Shown piece after piece: positions 1 to 7,832 of a DNA stretch of 25,631 bases (the stretch's first letter is position 1; each line of letters begins with the position of its first letter). The notes below the pieces were generated by a model that was not told the origin of the DNA, did no database searches, and worked only from the letters and a program-made list of their open reading frames with translations. This stretch comes from a virus. Lineage: Duplodnaviria; Caudoviricetes. The stretch is from positions 1 to 25,631 of IMG/VR virus record IMGVR_UViG_3300015249_000003, one strand, 5' to 3'. The position numbers were made by a program, and so were the translations under genes.

Positions 1-576
1 CACATCAATGACGGCTGGTATCGGCTGGATCTGCCGGATGCTGCCGTGGTCTCCGGTGTGGCAGGTGTACAGATTGGCGGAACGGTAACGGGCATGGTGG
101 TGTTCGCGCCCTACATCGAGCTGACGGTGAACACCGAAGAGGACGTCTTCACCCGGATTGGTGCGCCGGCGGGCGCCAGCGTTTCGGCCGACATTGCGGC
201 GATCGAAGGGCAGACCGATGACATCGGAGCCGCGGGAGCAGGGCTCACCGCCGTGCCCTGGAATGCCGCTTGGGATGCGGAGGTGCAAAGCGAAGTGGCC
301 GACGCCCTGGCGGTCTACGATCCGCCCACTCGAGCCGAACTCACCACGGACACCAACAGTGTGCTGACAGCTGTGGATGCGCTGCCCACGAACGCAGAGC
401 TCGCCACCGCGCTGGGGACCGCCGATGACGCCGTCCTAGCGCAGATCGCGCTCGTGAAGGCTAAAACCGACCCGCTTACGTTTACGGTCGCTGGTCAGGT
501 AGACTGCAATGTGCAATCCGTCAACGACACGCTTCTGACCGGCAACGGCGGACTCACTCCATGGGGACCAGCCTAG
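1..576 (+). CDS. Hypothetical Ala/Thr/Asp-rich, possibly virion-associated protein (5' truncated)
   Basis: The frame is open from base 1 (HINDGWYRLDLPDAAVVSG...) to TAG at 574-576. It is acidic and rich in small residues, with an internal repeat (PPTRAEL/LPTNAEL). Confidence 0.75.
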   Translation, partial: HINDGWYRLDLPDAAVVSGVAGVQIGGTVTGMVVFAPYIELTVNTEEDVFTRIGAPAGASVSADIAAIEGQTDDIGAAGAGLTAVPWNAAWDAEVQSEVADALAVYDPPTRAELTTDTNSVLTAVDALPTNAELATALGTADDAVLAQIALVKAKTDPLTFTVAGQVDCNVQSVNDTLLTGNGGLTPWGPA

Positions 577-708
577 ATGGGCACGACTTGGGCAATCGGT
601 AGCTGGGCCCTTGGCGCATGGGCGGCCAATACCTGGGCGGATGTTTCTGGAGCACCCACTGACACCGGTTCACCGGGTATCTATGTGCGTAGACGAGGCA
701 GGCGGTAA
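577..708 (+). CDS. 43-aa Trp-periodic micropeptide with an Arg-rich tail
   Basis: ATG directly abuts the upstream TAG. Translation: MGTTWAIGSWALGAWAANTWADVSGAPTDTGSPGIYVRRRGRR*. It fills the gap before terS and is absent from the ORF track. Confidence 0.7.
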   Translation: MGTTWAIGSWALGAWAANTWADVSGAPTDTGSPGIYVRRRGRR

Positions 709-724
709 GCGCCTGAACTAGGCA

Positions 725-1003
725 GTGACAGGCAAGGTAGTAGGTCGACCAGCCAAGAAAGGTGAACGGCCCGGCGGGCGCTCCAGGGGCACGCCAAACA
801 AGGTGACACGCGACCTCAAGCAGATGATCGAGGGAGCCCTGAGCGATCTGGGGGGGCAAGCGTGGCTCGTGAAGGCCGCAGACGAGAAGCCAGCCGCATT
901 CATGGCGTTGCTGGGGAAGACTCTCCCACGCGACTTCAATGTGCACGTTGAGGTTGCCTTATCCGATCGCATGAGGAGCCTGCTTGACCATCGCGCTGGC
1001 TGA
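725..1003 (+). CDS. terS: Terminase small subunit
   Basis: Has a GGRSRGTPNKVT motif typical of small TerS-like proteins. It lies immediately upstream of, and overlaps, terL. Confidence 0.75.
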   Translation: MTGKVVGRPAKKGERPGGRSRGTPNKVTRDLKQMIEGALSDLGGQAWLVKAADEKPAAFMALLGKTLPRDFNVHVEVALSDRMRSLLDHRAG

Positions 1004-2507
1004 GAACGACTGGGACGCCATTGCGAAATGGCTCCTGAGTTGCCGGCACGATCCACTGAAGTGGATGACAGAAGCCTATCCGTGGGGTGTTAAGGGCACG
1101 AGCCTCGAAACCAAACAGCCTCGCGTATGGCAAATAGAGCAGGCCACGCGCATTAGAGAGCGCCTGAAGGCTGAACCGCACCAGCCGATACAGGAAGCCA
1201 CGGGCTCAGGGCACGGAATTGGCAAGTCCGCTGAAGTGTCCATGATCGGTCAGTGGGCACTCATGACGAGCCCGGACACACGCGGCATTGTCACGGCGAA
1301 CACCGAGGCCCAGCTGCGCACCAAGACCTGGCCAGAGATGGCCAAATGGTATGGCCTGCTACCTCCTGAGTTGCGCTACCTGTTCGCGTTCGAGGCCACG
1401 AGCCTGCACGTGCGGGACAAGAACCCGGAGCGCTCCAAAGCCTGGACGTTGGATGCTCACCCGTGGAGCGAGCACAACACAGAAGCCTTCGCCGGCCTGC
1501 ACAACGAGGGCAAGCGGATCATCGTGCTCTATGACGAGGCCTCAGCCATTGCCGACAAGGTGCACGAGGTGACCGAGGGCGCGCTCACCGACGAGAACAC
1601 CGAGATCCTGTGGTTGCAGTACGGCAATCCTACGCGCCCTCACGGACGGTTCCAGGAGTGCTGGGGAGCTCGTAAACACCGCTGGACCACGCGCAACATC
1701 GATAGCCGCACAGTTGAGGGCACCAACAAGGTGCAGCTCGACAAGTGGGTGAGCGACTACGGTGAGAATTCAGACTTCGTGCGGGTTCGCGTTCGTGGAT
1801 TGGCGCCATCAGCCTCCAGTGCGCAGCTCATCGAGACCGATCTTGTGCAGCAAGCGATAGAGCGTGCGCCCATGCCCGGCCTACGGGATCCACTCATCAT
1901 GTCGATTGACGTGGCGCGAGGCGGTAACGACGAGTTCGTGATCGCCTTTCGGCGTGGACTTGATGCGAAGTCGATCCCCTGGCACTGCATCCCGGGCTCT
2001 GAGGCGCGCGATAGCGAACGCGTGCTGGCAAAGGTTGTGGACCTGGCAACCAATCCAGACGCTTACAAGCGTCCTGACGCGGTGTTCGTGGACGAGACGG
2101 GCCTAGGTGGCCCCATCGTGGACCGGCTACGTAGACTATTGGGAGATGACTTCCAAGTGCTTGGCGTGCAGTTTGGTGGAGCGAGCCCCAACTCGCAGCT
2201 GGCGGACATGCGCACCTACATCTGGTGGCAGATGCGCGAGTCATTGCGGCTAGGACTCGCTCTGCCGAACGATCAGAGCCTGGCCGCACAGCTGACGGGC
2301 CCTGAGATCGACCACGACAAACGTGACAAACTGCGCCTGGAGTCCAAAGAGGACATGAAGGAGCGCTTGCCCGGCATTGGCTCGCCTGACCGCGCTGACG
2401 CCCTGGCTATCAGCTTCGCGTACAACATCCAGCCGCGAGTCCATACGCAGCTCGTGGGCGCACAGCAGCGTGCCAAAACCGATTACGACCCTTGGGAGCG
2501 ACAGTAA
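984..2507 (+). CDS. terL: Terminase large subunit
   Basis: Walker A (GSGHGIGKS), Walker B (IIVLYDEAS), motif GNPT, and nuclease motifs SIDVARGGNDE and SPDRADALA. The TTG start is preceded by GAGGAG at 973-978. Confidence 0.95.
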   Translation: MTIALAENDWDAIAKWLLSCRHDPLKWMTEAYPWGVKGTSLETKQPRVWQIEQATRIRERLKAEPHQPIQEATGSGHGIGKSAEVSMIGQWALMTSPDTRGIVTANTEAQLRTKTWPEMAKWYGLLPPELRYLFAFEATSLHVRDKNPERSKAWTLDAHPWSEHNTEAFAGLHNEGKRIIVLYDEASAIADKVHEVTEGALTDENTEILWLQYGNPTRPHGRFQECWGARKHRWTTRNIDSRTVEGTNKVQLDKWVSDYGENSDFVRVRVRGLAPSASSAQLIETDLVQQAIERAPMPGLRDPLIMSIDVARGGNDEFVIAFRRGLDAKSIPWHCIPGSEARDSERVLAKVVDLATNPDAYKRPDAVFVDETGLGGPIVDRLRRLLGDDFQVLGVQFGGASPNSQLADMRTYIWWQMRESLRLGLALPNDQSLAAQLTGPEIDHDKRDKLRLESKEDMKERLPGIGSPDRADALAISFAYNIQPRVHTQLVGAQQRAKTDYDPWERQ

Positions 2508-2812
2508 TGGGCTCGATCTTCAAGAAAGCGACGAAGTTCGCCAACAGCGCAAGCCCGCACACGTGGGTAGTGGGCAAGAAAGCCAGTGCCAGCATGGACT
2601 TCGGCGGGCAGGCCCTGGGTGTGCACGATGATCGCTATCAGCCCGAGGACATTGCGGCCGCGCCCTCACCCCAGGTGGACGACCAGGCGTACGTGCAGCG
2701 CGATCGCATCCGGCGCATGGCCAAGAAGGCGCAAGGGCGTGACTCCACGGTGCGTACCGGCAGCACGGGAGCGCCGTACACGGGCCAGCCGGCCAAGTTG
2801 CTGGGTGGATAA
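2507..2812 (+). CDS. Small pre-portal protein, likely virion-associated (T7 gp7.3-like position)
   Basis: TAATG coupling to terL; basic protein ending ...KLLGG; located just before the portal gene. Confidence 0.65.
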   Translation: MGSIFKKATKFANSASPHTWVVGKKASASMDFGGQALGVHDDRYQPEDIAAAPSPQVDDQAYVQRDRIRRMAKKAQGRDSTVRTGSTGAPYTGQPAKLLGG

Positions 2813-2873
2813 GATCACCAATGAAACAATCAGCCCATAGTGTCTCCCAAAACGCCGGCTTGAGACTGTGACC

Positions 2874-4643
2874 ATGGCCTCCACTGCCTCGCCAGCGATA
2901 CAATCGACCCCTGAGAGCCTGCACAAGCGCAAACAACAGCGTCTGGCGGGCCTGAAGACCGAGCGCAACAGCTGGGATCCACACTGGCGCGATTTGCAGG
3001 ATCACTTCCTCACCCGTCGCGGCCGGTGGATTACAGACACCAAGCAGCGTGGGGACAAGCGCAACCAGAAGCTGATCGATCCGACGCCCAAATTCGCCGC
3101 TCGCACGCTCGGCGCCGGCATGCATGCGGGCAGCACCAACCCCGCAACGCCATGGTTTCGGCTCACGACCCCAGACCCCGAGATGATGGAGATCCCGAGC
3201 GTCTCGCTGTGGCTGTACGCGGTGGAGAACCGGATGCGCGATGTGTTCGCGCGCTCGAACCTGTATTCGGTCTTGCCCACGACCTACATGGAGGCGGGGG
3301 TATTCGGAACGGCTCCAATCCTCATGCTCGAGCACCCGCAGAAAGTCATCCAGTTCGTGCCCAAGACCGTGGGCAGTTACTTTCTGGCCAGCGACAGCGA
3401 CGGCGCCATCGACACGATGTACTGCGAATACAAGATGAGCTTGCGCAATCTCGTGACGGACTACGGGCTTGAGAAGCTGAGCGACCAGTCCCGAGCGCAA
3501 TACCTCGCCGGCAAGCGCGACGAGCTGGTGGACGTGCTGCATACGATCGAGCCCAACCCAGGTCGTGATACAGAGCGCCTGGACGCTGCGAACATGGCAT
3601 GGCAGAGCGCGTACTTTGAGAGTCAGGGCGTGATGGAGCGCCCACCCTTACGTCTGTCGGGCTTCGAGGACAATCCGCTTGCCGTCTTCCGCTGGGAGAC
3701 GACGGAGATCACCGACCCCTACGGCTCATCTTGCGGGATGGATGCGCTGGGGTGCGCGAAGGCCATGCAACTGCAGCAGAGGCGAAAGGCCCAGGCGATC
3801 GACAAGCTCGTAGATCCACCGATGGTGGGTGACCCGGCGCTGAAGAATCAGGCGTCCACACTCCTGCCGGGCGATGTGACGTGGGCCGGATTCACGCCCA
3901 CGGGCTCCGCCCCGAAGTTCCAGCCCGCCTACGTGATCAAGCCCGAGCTTCAAGGCCTCATCCTGGACATCCAGGACACGCGCGAGCTGTGCGAGATTGC
4001 GATGTACACGGACTTGTTCTTCGCCATCACGCGCGCTGACCCGCGAAACGCAACGGTGCCAGAGATCGATGCGCGCAAAGAGGAACAGATCCTCGCGCTG
4101 GGCCCTGTGCTGCAGAACCACACCGACGGACTCATCAAGCCGATCATCGATCGCACGTTCAACTCGATGGTGCGCATCAGCCGTCCCGTGTGGGAAGGCG
4201 TGATGAGCTACCCGAGCAACCCCGCGGCCTTCATCCCGCCTCCACCTCCAGAGCTTGAGAACATTCCCTTACGGGTGGAGATGATCGGTGCACTGGCTCA
4301 GGCGTTCCGCTCCATCGCGGGCGGCAAGCTCGAGCGCTTCGTGGGCTTCATCGGGTCGGTTGCCAAATCACAGGCGGATGCTGGTGAGTCCATCACGGCG
4401 TTCGACAAGTTCGATGCGGACCAGGTAATCGACGAGTACGCACAGGCTATAGGTGTGCCGCCTACCGTCGTGCGCTCGGACGATGATGTGGCGGCGATCC
4501 GTGAGCAGCGTGCGCAGGCCCAGCAGGCAGCACAGGCCGCCGCTGCAGCTCAACCGGTGAAGGACATGGCAAGCGCCGCGAAGTCGCTCAGCGAGACAGA
4601 GATGAACAAGGGGAGCGCTCTAGATGAAATGGTAGCCGCATGA
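2874..4643 (+). CDS. Portal (head-to-tail connector), T7 gp8/BPP-1 type
   Basis: About 590 aa after terL, with motifs TNPATPWFRL, DKLVDPPM and ATVPEIDARKEEQILALGPVL, and a Gln/Ala-rich C-terminal helix. An alternative GTG start lies at 2868. Confidence 0.92.
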   Translation: MASTASPAIQSTPESLHKRKQQRLAGLKTERNSWDPHWRDLQDHFLTRRGRWITDTKQRGDKRNQKLIDPTPKFAARTLGAGMHAGSTNPATPWFRLTTPDPEMMEIPSVSLWLYAVENRMRDVFARSNLYSVLPTTYMEAGVFGTAPILMLEHPQKVIQFVPKTVGSYFLASDSDGAIDTMYCEYKMSLRNLVTDYGLEKLSDQSRAQYLAGKRDELVDVLHTIEPNPGRDTERLDAANMAWQSAYFESQGVMERPPLRLSGFEDNPLAVFRWETTEITDPYGSSCGMDALGCAKAMQLQQRRKAQAIDKLVDPPMVGDPALKNQASTLLPGDVTWAGFTPTGSAPKFQPAYVIKPELQGLILDIQDTRELCEIAMYTDLFFAITRADPRNATVPEIDARKEEQILALGPVLQNHTDGLIKPIIDRTFNSMVRISRPVWEGVMSYPSNPAAFIPPPPPELENIPLRVEMIGALAQAFRSIAGGKLERFVGFIGSVAKSQADAGESITAFDKFDADQVIDEYAQAIGVPPTVVRSDDDVAAIREQRAQAQQAAQAAAAAQPVKDMASAAKSLSETEMNKGSALDEMVAA

Positions 4644-4957
4644 GCGACGTTCCATACAACGCATCCGACCCAGCGCAGGTGAAGAAGCGCCAACGCATCG
4701 CAAAGGATCAGCAGGAACAGCAAGCGCTCGACCTCGCCGGCTTACTGAAGCTGCCCGAGTTCCGCCGCTATGTGTGGCGGCACATGAACGACAGCTGTGG
4801 GCTACTGCGCTCTGCCTCAAGTCCCAACGGCTCGATCCAGTCGCAGAACATCGGCATGCAGGACGTGGGGCGTCTGCTGTGGGCAGAAATAGAACGCGCG
4901 GACGCCAAGGCGATTCCGCTCATGATGGTGGAACATGCCGAACGATCCGAAGCCTGA
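4640..4957 (+). CDS. Bbp19-like small protein
   Basis: ATGA overlap with the portal gene. The pattern DL..LL..PEFRRYVW...NIGMQDVG and the post-portal position match this podovirus family. Confidence 0.7.
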   Translation: MSDVPYNASDPAQVKKRQRIAKDQQEQQALDLAGLLKLPEFRRYVWRHMNDSCGLLRSASSPNGSIQSQNIGMQDVGRLLWAEIERADAKAIPLMMVEHAERSEA

Positions 4958-5147
4958 AGAGCGCGTGACATGGAGCGAGGCACGCCGGGACATGGCCGAC
5001 CTCATCAACCGCGTGCTCTACAAGCGCGAGCGGCTCATCATCACGCGGCATGGGAAAGACGTGGCGGAGCTGGTGCCTCTGGGGTCAGAGCCCGTTAGGC
5101 TCAGCCCGAGGGAAGAGCATCCGGAGTACTTCGCGCGCACTCCGTGA
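4935..5147 (+). CDS. Phd/YefM-family antitoxin-like protein (orphan)
   Basis: 70 aa; VTWSEARRDMADLINRV...ERLIITRHGKDVAELVP fits the Phd/YefM consensus (SEAR..L..L...V....V.ITR.GK.VA.LVP). Confidence 0.85.
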   Translation: MPNDPKPEERVTWSEARRDMADLINRVLYKRERLIITRHGKDVAELVPLGSEPVRLSPREEHPEYFARTP

Positions 5148-5365
5148 TGAAGCCTTTCACATCCGCGATGGCTTTGGGATGCATGTCGCCATAGCGGTGA
5201 TACAGACAGCGTAGAGCGCCATTTTTTGGGAACCCCAAACACTGTGGGAAGTCCGCTCTCATCTTGCCGGGCGTAGCGGTCAGATACTCGGGATGCATCT
5301 CGATGCAGTCAGTCCTCATGCGCATAACGTACTACTATCGCTAAGTCCGTGCTACGCCAATAGAT

Positions 5366-5415
5366 TGTCGCGCCATCGGAACGATCCGATCTTCTGGACG
5401 ACACGATGGCCGACA
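5366..5415 (+). promoter_or_regulatory. Hairpin occluding the scaffold start codon
   Basis: TGTCG(C)GCCATCG at 5366-5378 pairs with CGATGGCCGACA at 5404-5415 (12 bp, one bulge), covering ATG 5406. Confidence 0.5.
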
Positions 5416-6053
5416 CTCCTTCAGGGCAAACACCCGCCACTCCTGATCCCGCTACTGCTTCGGCAGTCACGGACCCGGCCGCCACTCCTGTCGACCCGAA
5501 GGCAGCCGTCGCAGATCCTGCGCTGGCTGCAAAACCCGCTGATCCACCTGAACCTGCCAAGCCCACAGCGCCCGAGAAGTACGACTTCAAGGCACTGAAG
5601 CTCCCGGATGGCGTGACGCTCAACGAGCCGATCCTGGCTGCGATGGAGCCGCTATTCAAAAAGCTGGGGCTCACACAGGACGCCGCCTCCGAACTCATCA
5701 TCGAGCACGCCAAGGTACTCGCAAAAGTCGAGGCCGAGGCCGAAACCAAGCGCGAGTCCGACTTCAAGGACTGGATGAAGACGACTGTCGAGGGCTACCA
5801 CACCACGCTCCGCAAGGACTGGGGTGCGAGCTACGACACGAATCTAGCCACCGCTCAGAAGGGCATGGCCAAAGTCTTCGACGCGGACGTCTCGAAGCTT
5901 CTGGATGAGACGGGACTTGGGACGCACCCCGGTTTCGTCAAGGCGTTCCTGACGGTGGGAAAGATGGTCAGCGAAGACACGCCGCCGAATGGACAACAGC
6001 CGACGAATCGCAAAAGCGACGCGGAAGTGTTCTACGGCGCAAAACCAAACTGA
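5406..6053 (+). CDS. Capsid assembly scaffolding protein
   Basis: Pro/Ala-rich N-terminus, then APEKYDF, LRKDWG, and LLDETGLGTHPGFVKAF..VGKMVSED. It lies directly before the major capsid gene. Confidence 0.8.
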   Translation: MADTPSGQTPATPDPATASAVTDPAATPVDPKAAVADPALAAKPADPPEPAKPTAPEKYDFKALKLPDGVTLNEPILAAMEPLFKKLGLTQDAASELIIEHAKVLAKVEAEAETKRESDFKDWMKTTVEGYHTTLRKDWGASYDTNLATAQKGMAKVFDADVSKLLDETGLGTHPGFVKAFLTVGKMVSEDTPPNGQQPTNRKSDAEVFYGAKPN

Positions 6054-6067
6054 AGGAGTTCTGATCC

Positions 6068-7108
6068 ATGGCCACCCTTGGCACCAATGCCGTCACGCTG
6101 ACCGACCTTGCGAAGACCTGGGACCCTGATGGGACGCCGGCGCGCATCGTTGAGCTGCTCTCGCAGACCAATCCGATCCTCGATGACATGTTGTGGATCG
6201 AGGGCAACCTGCCCACCGGTACCCGAACCACGGTCCGCACCGGACTTGCCTCCGCCAGCTGGCGCCTGTTCAACCAGGGCGTCGCGGTCACGAAGAACAC
6301 CAACGCACAGCTGGACGAACAGTGCGGCATGCTCGCCTCATGGGGCGAGGTAGATGTGGATCTTGCCGAGCTCAACGGCAACGCGGAGTCCTTCCGGCTG
6401 GGTGAGAACTCAGGCCACATGGAAGCAATGAACCAGGAGATGGCCGGCACGCTCGTGTACGGCAACGCGGGTGTAGCACCTGAAGAGTTCTCGGGCTTCG
6501 CCACGCGTTACAGCTCCCTTGGGCAGAACTGCATCACGGGCGGTGGCTCGGGCTCTGACAATAGTTCCATCCTGCTCGTGGGCTGGGGTCCGCTGTCGAT
6601 CCACGGCATCTACCCCAAGGGCTCCACGGCCGGCCTGCAGCACATCAACCACGGCAAACAGGTCATCGAGACCGTCGCGGGCATTGGCGGCTCACGTCTG
6701 GCCGTCTACCAAGATGAGTGGAAGTGGAAGTGCGGTCTTGCGGTACGTGACTGGCGCTATGCGGTCCGGGGCTGCAACATCGATGTGTCGAACCTCGTGG
6801 CCGAATCCAGTGCTGCGAATCTGATCAAGCTCATGATCAAGATGTGGCACCGTCTGCCCACGAGCACCGGTGGCATGACCAACCAGGGTTACGTGGGTGT
6901 CCGGCCCGTCTGGTACATGAATCGCACCGTGGCGCAGATGCTCGACATCCAGCGCTACAACGTCGTGGCCGGTTTGGGTACGGGCAGCCAGAACCTGGGC
7001 GGCTCGATCCAGTACGGCGAGATCGATGGTAAGTGGGTGCCCACGTTCAGAGGCGCGCCGATTCGTATCGTCGACGCGATACTTGAGACGGAGGCTACTG
7101 TCTCGTAA
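6068..7108 (+). CDS. Major capsid protein (BPP-1/epsilon15-like, HK97 fold)
   Basis: Strong SD (AAGGAG); motifs IVELLSQTNPILDDM.W.EGN, TTVRTGL, GLAVRDWRY and FRGAPIR.VDAI. Confidence 0.95.
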   Translation: MATLGTNAVTLTDLAKTWDPDGTPARIVELLSQTNPILDDMLWIEGNLPTGTRTTVRTGLASASWRLFNQGVAVTKNTNAQLDEQCGMLASWGEVDVDLAELNGNAESFRLGENSGHMEAMNQEMAGTLVYGNAGVAPEEFSGFATRYSSLGQNCITGGGSGSDNSSILLVGWGPLSIHGIYPKGSTAGLQHINHGKQVIETVAGIGGSRLAVYQDEWKWKCGLAVRDWRYAVRGCNIDVSNLVAESSAANLIKLMIKMWHRLPTSTGGMTNQGYVGVRPVWYMNRTVAQMLDIQRYNVVAGLGTGSQNLGGSIQYGEIDGKWVPTFRGAPIRIVDAILETEATVS

Positions 7109-7118
7109 AAGAGACAGT
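7097..7118. repeat. Perfect 8-bp inverted repeat with the capsid stop codon in the loop
   Basis: ACTGTCTC-GTAAAA-GAGACAGT. Further GAGAC/GTCTC copies lie at 7085 and 7123. Confidence 0.6.
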
Positions 7119-7792
7119 TATTGTCTCACATGATCACGGCGAGAGCGCGGAATTGGCTGGATGGACACTGTTTCGGCAGTGGTCCATCCAGCTTTGAGTC
7201 TGTTGCACAGGAGGTCAGGCTTAACGCCGAGTTCACGAGCCCAATCACTCAGGATCATCGTGCGACCTGCATGAGTGATCCACCGGTTATTGGACTTGTT
7301 GTGATTCTGGTCTCTCCATGTGCGCCACTCGCAATTGCCCGGCTCGTAATGGCCGTCATTGTCGAGCCGCTCAAGTGTGTGCTTCGAGGATGGACGCCGA
7401 CCCATGTCAGCGATAAAGCTCTCGAATTGAAGCCAACGTTCACAGACCTGTATCCCGCGCCCTCCGTATCTGCAGAAGTTCGGGTCATTGCTTTTAAGGC
7501 ACCGTCGCTTCATCGCGCACCACACCTTGTACTCCGGCGAGGCGTACAGGCCGTGCGTGCGCATTCCGCTTATGCCGAGCGCGTGAATGCGCTTCGTCTT
7601 CGCGCGATCAAGTTCTTTTTTGATGCAGCCGCACGATTGTGTCTCGCCGCTCTTGAGACGAGTCAGCGCAGTGGTGATGGTGTTGCCGCAAATGCAAGAG
7701 CAGGTCACAAGCCTGCATCGAAACTTGTTCGAGCCAGCGTCTGCGCTCACGGTGAGTCGGCCAAAAATCAATCCAATAACCGGTGGTTTCAT
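7118..7792 (-). CDS. Free-standing HNH-type homing endonuclease-like protein, antisense to the late operon
   Basis: Motifs FGRLTV...CSCICGN...SGETQSCGC, W.AMKRRC, YGGRGIQVCERW, TLERLDNDGHYEPGNCEW, and a C-terminal helix-turn-helix-like LSDWARELGV. The region looks less GC-rich than its flanks. Confidence 0.88.
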   Translation of the reverse strand: MKPPVIGLIFGRLTVSADAGSNKFRCRLVTCSCICGNTITTALTRLKSGETQSCGCIKKELDRAKTKRIHALGISGMRTHGLYASPEYKVWCAMKRRCLKSNDPNFCRYGGRGIQVCERWLQFESFIADMGRRPSSKHTLERLDNDGHYEPGNCEWRTWRDQNHNKSNNRWITHAGRTMILSDWARELGVKPDLLCNRLKAGWTTAETVSIQPIPRSRRDHVRQ

Positions 7793-7799
7793 GCCGGTA

Positions 7800-7828
7800 A
7801 CTGTACCGCGTTAGCGGTTGAGGAACAA
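7800..7828 (-). promoter_or_regulatory. Putative sigma70 promoter for a leaderless HNH transcript
   Basis: The minus strand reads TTGTTC-N17-TACAGT-N7-ATG(7792). No SD precedes that ATG. Confidence 0.5.
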
Positions 7829-7832
7829 TCTT

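Noticed and set aside
2520-3542. 340-aa minus-strand ORF, and similar long antisense or alternate-frame ORFs (12261-13055, 12598-13401, 16297-17013)
   Set aside because: They are shadows of well-supported genes in GC-rich DNA and contain no motifs.
2845-5231. TTTTGGGA shared, in opposite orientation, by the pre-portal and pre-scaffold spacers
   Set aside because: A single 8-bp match is too weak to call a regulatory motif without comparative data.
5148-5405. Cognate toxin downstream of the Phd-like gene
   Set aside because: There is no + strand ORF of suitable size with Fic/Doc, RelE or PIN motifs.
5293-5598. 101-aa + strand ORF
   Set aside because: It is an out-of-frame overlap with the scaffold gene, has no SD, and has shadow-like composition.
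7060-7110. T7 10A/10B-style -1 frameshift at the capsid end
   Set aside because: No convincing slippery heptamer precedes the stop codon.
7097-7125. Intrinsic terminator after the capsid gene
   Set aside because: The hairpin lacks a proper U-tract on either strand; the better terminator follows the cement gene.
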